Shown: positions 28,665 through 41,094 of the stretch, piece by piece | Numbering within the stretch: position 1 is the first letter of the stretch | How the letters are laid out: every line of letters starts with the position of its first letter | Assembly (NCBI GenBank): GCA_964016885.1 | Contig: OZ024763.1 | Coordinates: 16,988,001-17,052,000 of the forward strand | Origin: Eledone cirrhosa | Taxonomy: Eukaryota | Direction: 5' to 3' | Length of the DNA: 64,000 nucleotides | The notes under the pieces: generated by a model | Databases searched by the model: none | The model's input: only the letters and a program-made list of their open reading frames with translations | Told to the model about the DNA's origin: nothing | Position numbers and translations under genes: made by a program

Positions 28665-28887
28665 ATTATTATTAAAGGACTTGAACATCTGAAACTACTT
28701 CGCTTTTCCTTATTCGATATTTACTCCGTCACTCCTATGTGGAAAAAGTACGTTGAGTGCTTGAATTGAATTGCATCAAAGTTTACCCTAATATACATAT
28801 ATATATATATATACATATAAATATATATGTATATATATATGTATATACATATATATATATATATATATATACATATAAATATATATG

Positions 28888-28944
<57 letters not shown>

Positions 28945-28973
28945 GTATATATATATCTGTATATATATATCTG

Positions 28974-29016
<43 letters not shown>

Positions 29017-29077
29017 GTATATATATATATATCGATATATATCTGTATATATATATATATATATATATCTCTGTATG

Positions 29078-29382
29078 TGGGCTTGCAATCGAAAGGTTGT
29101 GAGTTCAATTCTCAGACCGGGTGATGTGTTGTTTCCTTGAGCAAGACACTTTATTTCACATTGCTCCAGTTTACTCAGCTGTAGAAATGAGATGATAGGG
29201 ACTGGGGTCCCTATCATTCCACTGCAAAGTGGTCGTGGAGGTGCCACGGCAAAAAAGCACCCAGCACTCACTGTAAATGAGGTTGGTGTTAGGAAGGGCA
29301 TCCAGCTGTAGAAATCAAGCCAGAATCAGTTCCCGTCCCACCCTTGCAAGCAGGGAAAAGCGGACGTAAAATGAAATGATGA
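29078..29382 (+). mobile_element. tRNA-derived SINE with CORE-like segment and RTE-derived tail
   Basis: B box GAGTTCAATTCTC, CCTTGAGCAAGACACTT; tail shared with the LINE at 20290-20341. Confidence 0.85.
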
Positions 29383-29389
29383 TATATAT

Positions 29390-29418
29390 ATATATATATG
29401 TGTGTCTATATATATATA

Positions 29419-29462
<44 letters not shown>

Positions 29463-29634
29463 CTCCAGTCCTATAAACTGTTGAGTGCTACTTATCTGAT
29501 CCGATATTTGCATTGCTTTATTGTGCTACAATAAAACTCACCTCCTACATATATATATATATAGATATCTCCCTCTCTCTCCCTCTCTCTCACTCCCTCT
29601 CTCACTCCCTCTCTCTCTCCCTCTCTCTCTCTCC

Positions 29635-29670
<36 letters not shown>

Positions 29671-29676
29671 GTGAGT

Positions 29677-29716
<40 letters not shown>

Positions 29717-30151
29717 CTATATATATATGTGTCTATATATATATATGTGTGTGTCTATATATATATGTGTCTATATATATATATGTCTATATATATATAT
29801 ATAGACATATATATATCTGTGTCTATATATATATTGACATATATATATATATATGTGTCTATATATATATAGAGACACATATATATATGTCTATATATAT
29901 ATATATATATATAGACATATATATATATGTCTATATATATATAGACATATATATATATGTGTCTATTTATATATAGACATATATATATATGTGTCTATAT
30001 ATATATATTGACATATATATATATATGTATCTATATATATAGAGACACATATATAAATATATATATATATATATATGTGTCTAGACACACACATATATAT
30101 ACATATATATCTATCTATATATCTATATATATATATATATATATATCTATA

Positions 30152-30211
<60 letters not shown>

Positions 30212-30960
30212 TCTGTTGAAAGAAGTGAGACATGTGATGGCTTTATTATTATATATTTTCTTCACTGATAATTTGACCTACTTTTCTCGTATAATACATC
30301 TTTAATTCAGCTTCTTCATGTTTTCATCTACCTATATCTCTCTACATATATATCTGTGTATATATATGTGTGTGTGTGTGTGTATATATGTGTGTGTGTA
30401 TATATATATATGTGTGTGAGTGTGAATATATGTGTATATATGTGTGTGTGTATATATATATATATGTGTGAGTGTGAATATATGTGTATATATGTGTGTG
30501 TGTATATATATATATATGTGTGAGTGTGAATATGTGTGTATATATGTGTGTGTGTATATATATATATATGTGTGTGTGTATATATATATATATGTGTGAG
30601 TGTGTGTATATATGTGTGTGAATATGTGTGTGTGTATATGTGTGTATATATATGTGTGTGTGTGTATATATATATATGTGTGTGTATGTATATATATATA
30701 TATATATCTGTAGTTGTGTGTGTTTGTGTCTCGGTCTTCGTCTGTCTGTCTCTGTGTAGGGTGTGTGTGTGTGTGTGTACATGTGTGTGTGTGTGTAGGG
30801 TGTGTGTAGATGTGTGTGTGTGTGTAGGGTGTGTGTGTGTGTGTGCAGATGTGTGTGTGTGTGTAGGGTGTGTGTGTAGATGTGTGTGTGTTTTCGTGTG
30901 TGTAGGGTGTGTGTGTGTGTAGAGTGTGTGTAGATGTGTGTGTTTTTTCGTGTGTGGACA
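29390..30960. repeat. mixed (TA)n/(CT)n/(TG)n microsatellites with a solo tail hairpin at 29462-29486
   Basis: Direct reading. Confidence 0.88.
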
Positions 30961-31099
30961 TGTAGCTGTGTTTGGAGAAAAATAGATTTACGTGTGTAAA
31001 AAAAAAATTTTGAATAAGAAAAGAACCTCCATCTCTCAGATATACAGACAGGAGCCAATCAAGAGTACGAGACGGCTTCTACATGGTCGATCGATTGGC

Positions 31100-32506
31100 T
31101 AGAAAGAACAGTCATATCTCCCTCAAATCACACCCTACTGTCTTATATATCTAGACATAGTAGAAATAGCAGCCATATCTCCCTCAAATCACACCCTACT
31201 GTCTTATATATCTAGATAAGGTAGAAATAGCAGCCAAATCTCCCTCAAATCACACCATACTGTCTTATATATCTAGATATAGTAGAAGTAGCAGCCATAT
31301 CTCCCTCAAATCACACCATACTGTCTTATATATCTAGATAAGGTAGAAATAGCAGCCAAATCTCCCTCAAATCTCATCTTACTGTCTTATACAGAGTGTC
31401 CCTAAAAATCTATACACACTTTGATTACTTGTACAGGCAATATTAGAATGCTCAAATCATACCCTACTGTCTTATATATCTAGATATAGTAGAAATAGCA
31501 GCCAAATCTCTCTCAAATCACACCCTACTGTCTTATATATCTAGACATGATAGAAATAGCAGCCAAATCTCTCTCAAATCACACCCTACTGTCTTATATA
31601 TCTAGATATAGTAGAAATAGCAGCCAAATCTCTCTCAAATCACACCCTACTGTCTTATATATCTAGACATGATAGAAATAGCAGCCAAATCTCTCTCAAA
31701 TCACACCCTACTGTCTTATATATCTAGACATGATAGAAATAGCAGCCAAATCTCTCTCAAATCACACCCTACTGTCTTATATATCTAGACATGATAGAAA
31801 TAGCAGCCAAATCTCTCTCAAATCACACCCTACTGTCTTATATATCTAGACATGATAGAAATAGCAGCCAAATCTCTCTCAAATCACACCCTACTGTCTT
31901 ATATATCTAGACATGATAGAAATAGCAGCCAAATCTCTCTCAAATCACACCCTACTGTCTTATATATCTAGACATGATAGAAATAGCAGCCAAATCTCTC
32001 TCAAATCACACCCTACTGTCTTATATATCTAGACATGATAGAAATAGCAGCCAAATCTCCCTCAAATCACACCCTACTGTTTTATATATCTAGACATGCT
32101 AGAAATAGCAGCCAAATCTCCCTCAAATCACACCCCACTGTCTTATATAGCTAGACATGGTAGAAATAGCAGCCGAATTTCCCTCAAATCACACCTTACT
32201 GTCTTATATATATAGATATGGGAGAAATAGCAGCCAAATCTCCCTCAAATCACACCTTACTGTCTTATATAGCTAGACATGGTAGAAATAACAGCCGAAT
32301 CTCCCTCAAATCACACCTTACTATCTTATATATATAGATATGGGAGAAATAGCAGCCAAATCTCCCTCAAATCACACCCTACTGTCTTATATATGTAGAC
32401 ATGGTAGAAATAGCAGCCAAATCTCCATCAAATCACACCTTACTGTCTTATATATATAGATATGGGAGAAATAGCAGCCAAATCTCCCTCAAATCACACC
32501 CTACTG
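31100..32506. repeat. 61-bp minisatellite, ~22 units
   Basis: Unit TAGAAATAGCAGCCAAATCTCTCTCAAATCACACCCTACTGTCTTATATATCTAGACATGA; interrupted at ~31392-31455 by a TACAGAGTGTCCC Tc1/mariner-like end. Confidence 0.93.
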
Positions 32507-32621
32507 GTTAGGGTTAGGATGTGTATCTATTAAAATAAGGCTGACCTGCAGCTAAACGCCAACAGCAATAACCGTTTCTAATTGGTGTATATATGTGTGT
32601 GTGTGTGTGTATATATATATA

Positions 32622-33180
32622 ACACCACCATGAAAACCACCAACAATATCACCATCAACATCACCACTTCTACCAACACCACCACTACTACTACCACCAC
32701 CACCTACTACCACCACTACTACTACCACCACTACTACCACCACCAACACCACCACTACCACCAACACCACCACTACTACCACCACCACCACCACTACTAC
32801 TACCACCACCACCACTACTACCACCACCACCTACTACCACCACTACTACCACCACTACTACCACCACCAACACCACCACTACCACCAACACCACCACTAC
32901 TACCACCACCACCACTACTACCACCACCACCACTACTACCACCACCACCACTACTACCACCACCACCACTACTACCACCACCACCACCACTACTACCACC
33001 ACCACCTACTACCACCACTACTACCACCACCAACACCACCACTACCACCAACACCACCACTACTACCACCACCACCACCACTACTACCACCACCACCACC
33101 ACTACTACCACCACCACCACTACTACCACCACCACCTACTACCACCACCACCTACTACCACCACTACTACCACCACTACT
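32622..33180. repeat. (CCA/CTA)n trinucleotide array
   Basis: Direct reading. Confidence 0.95.
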
Positions 33181-33395
33181 TATTCTGGTATGTCAAATTA
33201 ATACCATTGAACAACCTTGAATCATAGACAACCTATGTATTTCTAGGGGTACTTAGTACCCTTGGACATATTAACTTCATTTATATATATATATATATAT
33301 ATATGTGTGAATGAAGTAATTCCATCGGAAAGGTCCAGGAAAAAAAGAGTCCTCTATGTAGGCTACAGAGCTTAACCTATGTAGGTTACAGAGCT

Positions 33396-33428
<33 letters not shown>

Positions 33429-33431
<3 letters not shown>

Positions 33432-33670
33432 TAAAGAGTCAAGACCCCAACAGCTGAGCACCGGTGCTTAGCCATTGGGGTCCTGACTCTTTTCCTATTA
33501 CCGACTCTACTACCCTAAGTATTGAGTACTCTCCTGCGTTATGGTCTACTTGGTATCCTACCACACCTTCTTTGTTATATATATATATAACAAAGAAGGT
33601 GTTATATATATATATATATAAATGAAAAGATTCAGGACCCCAACTGCTGAGCTCCAGCCATTTGGACAGC
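33429..33670 (+). mobile_element. two diverged family C copies (33429-33576, 33622-33670)
   Basis: GACCCC..GCTGAGC and tail ACTCTACTACCCTAAGTATTGAGTAC. Confidence 0.7.
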
Positions 33671-33764
33671 TATATACAGTATATAAAACACCACCACCAC
33701 CAACACCACCATCAATACCACCACCACCACCTCTAAGTCTAATCTGAATTCTGTTTTAAGACAG

Positions 33765-34022
33765 AAGGCTCGTTAGGCCAGTGCTTACCCCAGTTTCATG
33801 GCGTGAAGCGACTGAGAGTACAAGACTCCCCCCTGGCCAGAACACCAGTCCATCACAGGGTTAAACCCCCAGCTTTTGCTGGTACTCATTTTCAGCTGAG
33901 TCTGCTGGAACGTGAAGTGAAGAGTTTTGCTCAAGAACACAACACACAACCCAGTCCGGGAATTGAACCCATGACATTATAATTCTAAGTCCAACACCCT
34001 TACCACTAGGCTACATGCTTCC
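33765..34022 (-). mobile_element. tRNA-derived SINE (Deu/Nin-like)
   Basis: Minus strand A box TAGCCTAGTGG, B box GGTTCAATTCC, ACTCAGCTGAAAATGAGTACC. Confidence 0.7.
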
Positions 34023-35104
34023 ATAACCACCACCACCACCACCACTACATGCTTCCATAACCACCACCACCACCACCACAACCACCACCACCACCACCAC
34101 ATGCTTCCATAACCACTACCACTACTAGTATATTTAAAATTTCATACACTTAACATTTATGCACCACCTTAGTTTTTGGGGTCCAATTATGGCCACCACT
34201 GTATAGTGGTGGAGCTGTTTCAAAACTGACCTTGCAGGATATCCGGACAGATATATATGTGTGTGTGTGTGTGTGTGTGTATAGAAAGAATTAACCTCCT
34301 CAGTATTTGACTGGTACTTTATTTTATCGATATTGGAAGGATTAATGGCAAAGATGATCTTGGATTTATTTGACCCCCTAACAATTCTATCAATCTAAAC
34401 CCCATCACCATCACCCCCTTCGTCGCCCCCTCCACCACCTTCGTCCCCCGCCCCACCATCGTCCACCACCACTATCACCCCCCCACCCCCACCACCAGCA
34501 CCAGCAGCAGCAGAAGAAGAAATGAGCCATGTGCTTAATGTAAAACAAGAAATCAATATTCATTGATTTTTTTTTTATTATCATCTTTGGTTCTGTGCCC
34601 CTCCCCTGTATGTCTACCACCACCACCACCGCCACCACCACCACCGCCACCACCGCTACCACCACCACATCCACCACCAAATTAGGAATCAATTTGTTCA
34701 TGGCTATTTGGAAAAAAACCGAAAAAAAAACGAAAATGTATAAAAAGCTAATTGGGAACTATTTTTTTTCTTATACATATATATATATATATATAAATAC
34801 ATATATACATATATACATTATATATATATATAGTGTGTGTGTGTATATATGTATTTATATATATATATGTAGAGAGCGAGGGTGTTTGTCTGCAGGGCTG
34901 GGAGTAGGGTGGGAGAGACCACAAATTTGACCACAGTGCTACAATGACTAGTGACCTAGTTTTATGTTCCCTGCAAAAATTTCTACACCCTCAGAAAGGC
35001 TTGTTGAACACACAAGCTGAAACTGTTTGGTGGCGTGGTTGGGATTTCACCTCCCCCCCCCCTCTCACTCTTGCTCTCTCTTTCTTTCTCTCTCGCTCTC
35101 TCTT

Positions 35105-35169
<65 letters not shown>

Positions 35170-35173
<4 letters not shown>

Positions 35174-35447
35174 TCCATCCGCCCACCGACACCACCCTTT
35201 CTCTGTAAAGTTATGTTGGTACCACAGAACATCCAGTCCAAACTGTAAGGTGGTCATGTTAGTGACACAGTAAAAAGGCTCCCAGTCGACACTGTAAATG
35301 TGGTTGGTGTTAGGAAGGGCATCCAGCCATAGAAAATCTGCCAGATAGTCCTATACGAGTGAGACACGGTCACCCGACCAATCAAGTGAGACAATTCCCG
35401 TCTAACCCATGCTAGCATGGAAGATAGACGTTAAATGATGATGATGA
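35170..35447 (+). mobile_element. RTE-type 3' UTR/SINE fragment with (GAT)n tail
   Basis: Matches 37470-37765 and 46750-47062. Confidence 0.8.
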
Positions 35448-35453
35448 GGTGGA

Positions 35454-35492
<39 letters not shown>

Positions 35493-35554
35493 AATGTATA
35501 GGAAAAACAAACAACTAAGCGTGAAGTATAGATTAGAATTTAATCTAAGTTCAT

Positions 35555-35667
35555 TCTTTAACATATGTTTCAATACAATATCAGTCTATGAGTGCTGCTT
35601 GCATATTAATGTTCTTGTTATGCTCATTCACTAGCATTACATTAAATACTGCATTTCATCAGAAAGA
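35555..35667 (-). ncRNA. type I hammerhead ribozyme, family H, with 64-nt insertion in helix II
   Basis: TCTTT-CTGATGA-AATGCAGTAT-[64 nt]-ATATTGTATT-GAAA CATATG T-T-AAAGA. Confidence 0.8.
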
Positions 35668-35894
35668 TTTCAAAGCTTGAGGTGAGGTCGCTGCATCTTG
35701 CAGTAAGAATATTCTTACTGCTATCCACTATATAAAGGTATAATCAATGTCATTAAGTCTAAAAAGTGAGTCTTGTTACTCTGAGGTTTCACCTGTGTAT
35801 CAGAGGGTCATACACGCATGGTTGAGTCTGGAAATAGCTGTTGAAACAGCAAGAGCTCATCCGTCGGTGTCCCGACTCTTTCGTATAACCATAC

Positions 35895-36150
35895 TGGGTG
35901 AAGTGTTGTTTCCTTGAGCAAGACACTTTATTTAACTCAGCTGTAGAAATGAGATGACAGGGACTGGGGTCCCTATCATTCCACTGCAAAGTGGACGTGG
36001 AGGCGCCATGGAAAAAAAAGCACCCAGCACTCGCTGTAAATGAGGTTGGTGTTAGGAAGGGCATCCAGCTGTAGAAATCAAGCCAGAATCAGTTCCCGTC
36101 CCACCCTTGCAAGCAGGGAGAGAGCGGACGTGGAATGAAAATGATGATGT
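35895..36150 (+). mobile_element. 5'-truncated copy of the 29078-type SINE
   Basis: Sequence match to 29120-29382. Confidence 0.82.
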
Positions 36151-36339
36151 TGGAGGGTCATGCTGCCAATAAAAACACACACACACACACACACACCTGT
36201 TGGTTTTCATTTCAATTTATTATACATTTCCAGTTGGTTAGTTCAATAACCGGATGGTTGCTTATATATTGTCAAAGCTCTTTCGTCACACATTCTGTGA
36301 CCTCCTCAGTGACTGATTTCTTATTTCGTGTGTCTCCGT

Positions 36340-36680
36340 GTTGTGCTCACAATTTTTTATATTCACCAATCTCTGCCTATCTTGTGTTTTTATTTCTCAA
36401 CTGTAAGAGATACTAGACACTTCCCCCCAGTCTGTCATGGCTTACTAACTCTATACGGACGTTTAAATTTAATTTTATATCCACTTATCTCTGTTTTTTG
36501 TTGTTTCTCAACTGTAAAAAGTACTCAATACTTCCACTAGTCTGCCATGGCTTATTAGCTCTATACGGACGCTTATTTTTATATCCACTCATCTCTGTTT
36601 TTCTTTGTTTCTCAACTGTGAGATACTAGACACTTCCCCCAGTCTGCCATGGCATACCAGCTCTATATGGACGCTTAAAA
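36340..36680. repeat. ~120-bp degenerate tandem repeat, 3 units
   Basis: TTTCTCAACTGT..ACTTCCC..AGTCTG.CATGGC..CTCTATA.GGACG. Confidence 0.8.
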
Positions 36681-37310
36681 TAAATATATAAATACCAAAA
36701 CACGCACACATAAACTTAGTTTCTCTGTGGCTACAATTTATATGAAAAAATTAACAACTGCAAACATTTTCTAAGAAAATGGCTCATTTATTATACAGAG
36801 GTCCCTGATTATGTGTTGCTTTTATTGCAAAATTTTAGGCAGTGGAGCCCCCAAATAAGTGGTTTTGAGAAAAATCTTGAAGTAATGACTAGAAGCATGA
36901 TCTAAATTAGATATAATGAAAAATTATTTCCTGGGGATATAAAGTTTCCTTGTAGAAGCTATTAGATTCATTAACTGTAATTAGTTACAGGATGTCATGG
37001 TGAATCCATGGGTTTCTTTCAGAATAATGCTTCAAATTCTGATAACTGTGTTGATGGGAGAGAGATGGGGGTTTTTGTTGTTGTTGTTGTTTTTTTTGTT
37101 ATAAATTAGAGATTTTAAAGAAATATTTGTTAGTTCATTACACAAGATGCATTAATTAATTTCGTAATTTTCATCGTCATCACTGTCATCATCATCGTTT
37201 TATGTCCTTTTCCATGCTTGCATATGGGTTAGACGGGTTGTCATATTATGAAAAAGTCAGGTCCAGATGGATCTGTGTGTGTGTGTGTGTGTGTATGGGA
37301 CGACTTGATA

Positions 37311-37765
37311 AAATTCGACCTTGCACACTTACACCTCTCTAAGACAATGTCACTGGATCGAGATCTTTGGCGCTATGCAGTAATACAGTAGACCCGCCTT
37401 CCCTATGTACAAAGTTAAACCTACAGTCAGTAGGCCCCTCTTAACCAAATATACACCCCAACCCACCACCCCTGCTCCATCCGCCCACCGACACCACCCT
37501 TTCTCTGTAAAGTTATGTTGGTACCACAGAACATCCAGTCCAAACTGTAAGGTGGTCATGTTAGTGACACGGTAAAAAGGCTCCCAGTCGACACTGTAAA
37601 TGTGGTTGGTGTTAGGAAGGGCATCCAGCCGTAGAAAACTTGCCAGATACACAGTCCTATACAAGCGAGACACGGTCACCCGATCAATCTTGCTTCAAGG
37701 GGGACAATTCCCATCTAACCCATGCTAGCGTGGAAGATAGACATCAAACGATGATGATGATGATG
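37311..37765 (+). mobile_element. 3' end of a second RTE-like LINE
   Basis: DLAHLHLSKTMSLDRDLWRYAV resembles an RTE C-terminus; long 3' UTR and (GAT)n; paralogue at 46584-47062. Confidence 0.7.
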
Positions 37766-37774
37766 GTGATATAT

Positions 37775-38155
37775 CACCATTATCGATTAACATTCGTTTT
37801 CCATGCTTGCATGTGTTAGATGCGTAATCATGTTATGAGGCAAACTAGGTCCAGTGACAACACCATGCTCTTATGGATCTGTATTTTGGCTTCGTTTCTA
37901 CAGCTGGATGCCCTTCCTAACACCAACTACATTACAATGTAGACTGGGTGCTTTTTATCGTGTCACTAACATGACCACCTTACAGGATGGACTGGGTGTT
38001 TTTTGTAATGTCACCAACATGACCACTTTGCAGGATGGACTGGGTACTTTTTGTCATGTCACCAACAGAACCACTTTACAGGCTGGGCTGGGTGTTTTTT
38101 GTCGTGTCACCAACACAACCACTTTACAGGGACGACTGGGTGCTTTTTGTTATGT
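37775..38155 (-). mobile_element. RTE-tail element with internal 48-bp tandem units
   Basis: GGATGCCCTTCCTAACACCAAC motif and repeated GACTGGGTG..TGTCACCAACA. Confidence 0.7.
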
Positions 38156-38179
38156 CTTAGGAAACAGTGTCTTTCATTA

Positions 38180-39500
38180 GAAATATAAAAATAGAGTTAA
38201 AATGTTTATATTTATCTAATTTATGTAAGAACCTTTAAGTTATGTTCCAAACACCAGCATACTAATGAGAAAGTTAGTTGTTACAAAATCCTTCCAAATT
38301 CTTGATTATTTTCAAAATTATTTGAAAATCTTAGACTATTTTTCAGTAGAAATGTGGTAACAAAAGGGTTAAAGTGTTTATATTTATTTAATAACTTCCC
38401 ATGATAATTCTATGTAAGAACCTTTGTTAAGTTATGTTCCAAATATCAATTTAATAACAAAAAACGTTTGTTATATTACTAAATCCTCCCAAATTTGGAA
38501 TTGAAAGGGTTAAAGTGTTTATATTTATCTAAAAACCTTCCATCATAATTTTATGTAAGAAATTGTAAATTATACTTCCAAACACAAACTTACCAACAAG
38601 AAAATTAGTTTATTACTAAATCCCTCTTAATGTGGAAGTGAAAGGGTTAAAGTGTTTATATTTATCTACTACATTCCAACATAATGTTATGTAACAAATT
38701 GTAAATTATACTTCCAAACACAAATTTACCAACAAGAAAATTAGTTTATTACTAAATCCCTCTTAATGTGGAAGTGAAAGGGTTAAAGTGTTTATATTTA
38801 TCTAATAACGTCCGACATAATGTTATGTAAGTTCTACGTCCAAACACTGACTTAAGTTATGTTCGAAACACACTAAATCCCTCTTAATGTGGAAGTGAAA
38901 GGGTTAAAGTGTTTATATTTATCTAATAACATCCGATATAATTTTATGTAAGTTCTACGTCCAAACACTGACTTAAGTTATGTTCGAAACACACTAAATC
39001 CCTCTTAATGTGGAAGTGAAAGGGTTAAAGTGTTTATATTTATCTAATAACCTTCCAACATAATTTTATGTAAGTTATACGTCCAAACACTGACTTAAGT
39101 TATGTTCGAAACACACTAAATCCCTCTTAATGTGGAAGTGAAAGGGTTAGTGTTTATATTTATCTAATAATTGTTTCTACTTTAGGCACAAGGCCAGCAA
39201 TAACCCAGTGCATTACTGGTACTTTATTTTATCGACTCCGTAAGGTTGAAAGGCAAAGTTAACCTCGGCGGGATTTGAACTCAGATCGTAAAGGGACGTA
39301 ACTATGCTGGAAAGCATGGCGTCCGACCTTCTACCGATACTGCCAATCCACCGCCATTTATCTAATAACCTTCCAACATAATTTTATGTAAGTTATACGT
39401 CCAAACACTGACTTACCAACAAGAAAGTTATATTCACTAAATTCTTCATTATTTTCAAAATAATTTGAAAATCTCAGGGAGTGTCTTTCATTAGACATAT
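38180..39500. repeat. ~120-bp tandem repeat of a piggyBac-like end (AAAGGG|TTAA) with nested SINE 39171-39355
   Basis: Repeated GAAAGGGTTAAAGTGTTTATATTTATC; SINE TSD ATTTATCTAATAA. Confidence 0.8.
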
Positions 39501-39611
39501 ATTAACGAGGGTGTTTAAATGGTAAGATTTATGTCGTACAATCACACCATTCCTTGCTGACATATTAAAATGTGCTTTAAATCACCACAAAAAACAAACA
39601 ACAACAACAAC

Positions 39612-39643
<32 letters not shown>

Positions 39644-40377
39644 CAACACCACCACCACCACCACCACCAACAACTGGTCCAGTCTTTGCCTTAATGGTTT
39701 CATTTTACTTTAGGAAAGGAAAGTAATTCCATTCCTCCTCTACCTCTTCTTTCGTCCTCTCCCTTCCCCATCCTCCCTTCCTCCTCTCATTCATCCTCTT
39801 CTCCCTCCTCCTGTTTTCTTCTTCTTCTTCTTTTTCTGTTTTTATTATTTGTAGATTTTGGCAGTTTCTTTATTTATTTTTCTTTATTTTTGTCCATTTT
39901 AAATGTCTGAGAATTTTTTTTTTTTCTCACTTTCTTCCAAACTTTTAAATTTAAAAAAAAAAAAAAAATTTCTCTTTCGCACTTTTTTTTCTCCTTCTGT
40001 CTTCTCCACCACCACCACCACCTACCCCGCGTCCTCTCCACCACCACCACCACCTACCCCGTCTTCTCCACCACCACAACCACCTCCTCCTCCTCCTGTC
40101 TTCTCTACCACCACCTCCTCCGCCCATCTTATGTTCTAGTCATAGTGTCTGGACTTCATTATCTACTGTGTACTTTGCTTTTCTTTAAAAATGGTAGTTT
40201 GGTGCTTTGGTACCTCTCTTAGAGCTTGCAGGGATATCAGCTGGTGAGCCTATTCTAAACCAGATACACACAGTTTATATATATATATAAGTACGTTATT
40301 CCGGGTTGAATCGGAGGTAACCACAGTAAGTAAGGTACTCAATACATTGCAGAGTATAAAAGTTTTAATATAGATGA

Positions 40378-40426
40378 GATTCTACAGGACTAGAACTGTT
40401 TCATTCTTTAGAAATCATCAGGAATC
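40378..40426 (-). ncRNA. type I hammerhead ribozyme, family B
   Basis: Core identical to 1927-1977. Confidence 0.85.
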
Positions 40427-40455
40427 GAGATTCCTGATGATTTCTAAAGAATCTT

Positions 40456-40504
40456 GATTCCTGATGATTTCTAAAGAATGAAACAGTTCTAGTCCTGTAG
40501 AATC
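40456..40504 (+). ncRNA. type I hammerhead ribozyme, family B
   Basis: Core identical to 1927-1977. Confidence 0.85.
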
Positions 40505-40800
40505 TCATCTATATTAAAACTATATGTATATATATATATATATATATAATGTGTAGATTTCAAAGTTGTATCAGGGAGGTAACTATAGTTAGTAAAGGTA
40601 CTCAATACATTCGTAGAGTATAGGCATTTTTAAAATTATATATAGAAATGACTTCTACAAGACTAAAACAGTTTCAGACCTGTAGAAGACATTTCTATAC
40701 CTATATATATATGTATAGGTGCAAGAAAATTGCGTCCTTAGGGGGTAAGCCGGGTGAGCACTTGATGCTCGCGCAGAGCAGAGTATAGCTTACATACTGA

Positions 40801-40894
40801 GGCATATCTGAGTATCTTTTGATTCCAGAATCAGGTTCGATCAATAATCAATCGTTCCTCGAGCTGATCGACAGTGAAACATATGTAATGTGTT
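40801..40894 (+). ncRNA. degenerate hammerhead, family I (G8>T, enlarged helix II)
   Basis: GGCATAT-CTGAGtA-TCTTTTGATT..GATCGACAGT-GAAA CATATG T-A-ATGTGTT then ATTAAA. Confidence 0.55.
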
Positions 40895-41094
40895 ATTAAA
40901 TATGTTATGATGCAACACTGACTCTTTGTTCCTTTAATCTTATAGCAGGGTGTTCGACGATATTTGTTCGCAAGATTACTGTCTAGGAAAAGATAACACA
41001 GTAGTTTTATTTTTTAAGATATATTTATCAAACTTGGGTCAGTTTGTCTTCATGACTTGTTCTTTCGATCTCACTCGATAAATCCGCCATCTTG

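Larger units (their letters stand above)
28126..28790 (+). mobile_element. Family G inverted PLE-like element
   Basis: Arms 28126-28504 (interrupted by a SINE) and 28531-28715 are almost identical; tail with hairpin 28723-28758. Confidence 0.8.
40290..40522 (-). mobile_element. Family B inverted PLE-like element; degenerate second copy at 40550-40700
   Basis: Arms 40361-40426 and 40456-40522; tail hairpins at 40337-40355 and 40600-40619. Confidence 0.8.

Noticed and set aside
32505-32520. GGTTAGGGTTAGG telomeric repeat (also 55471)
   Set aside because: Only two units; expected by chance.
32552-33220. His/Pro/Thr- or Gly/Val-rich ORFs
   Set aside because: (CCA/CTA)n microsatellite.
36515-36535. 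GTACTCAATAC match to the tail-hairpin motif
   Set aside because: No ACTC partner; it is a variant unit of a local tandem repeat.
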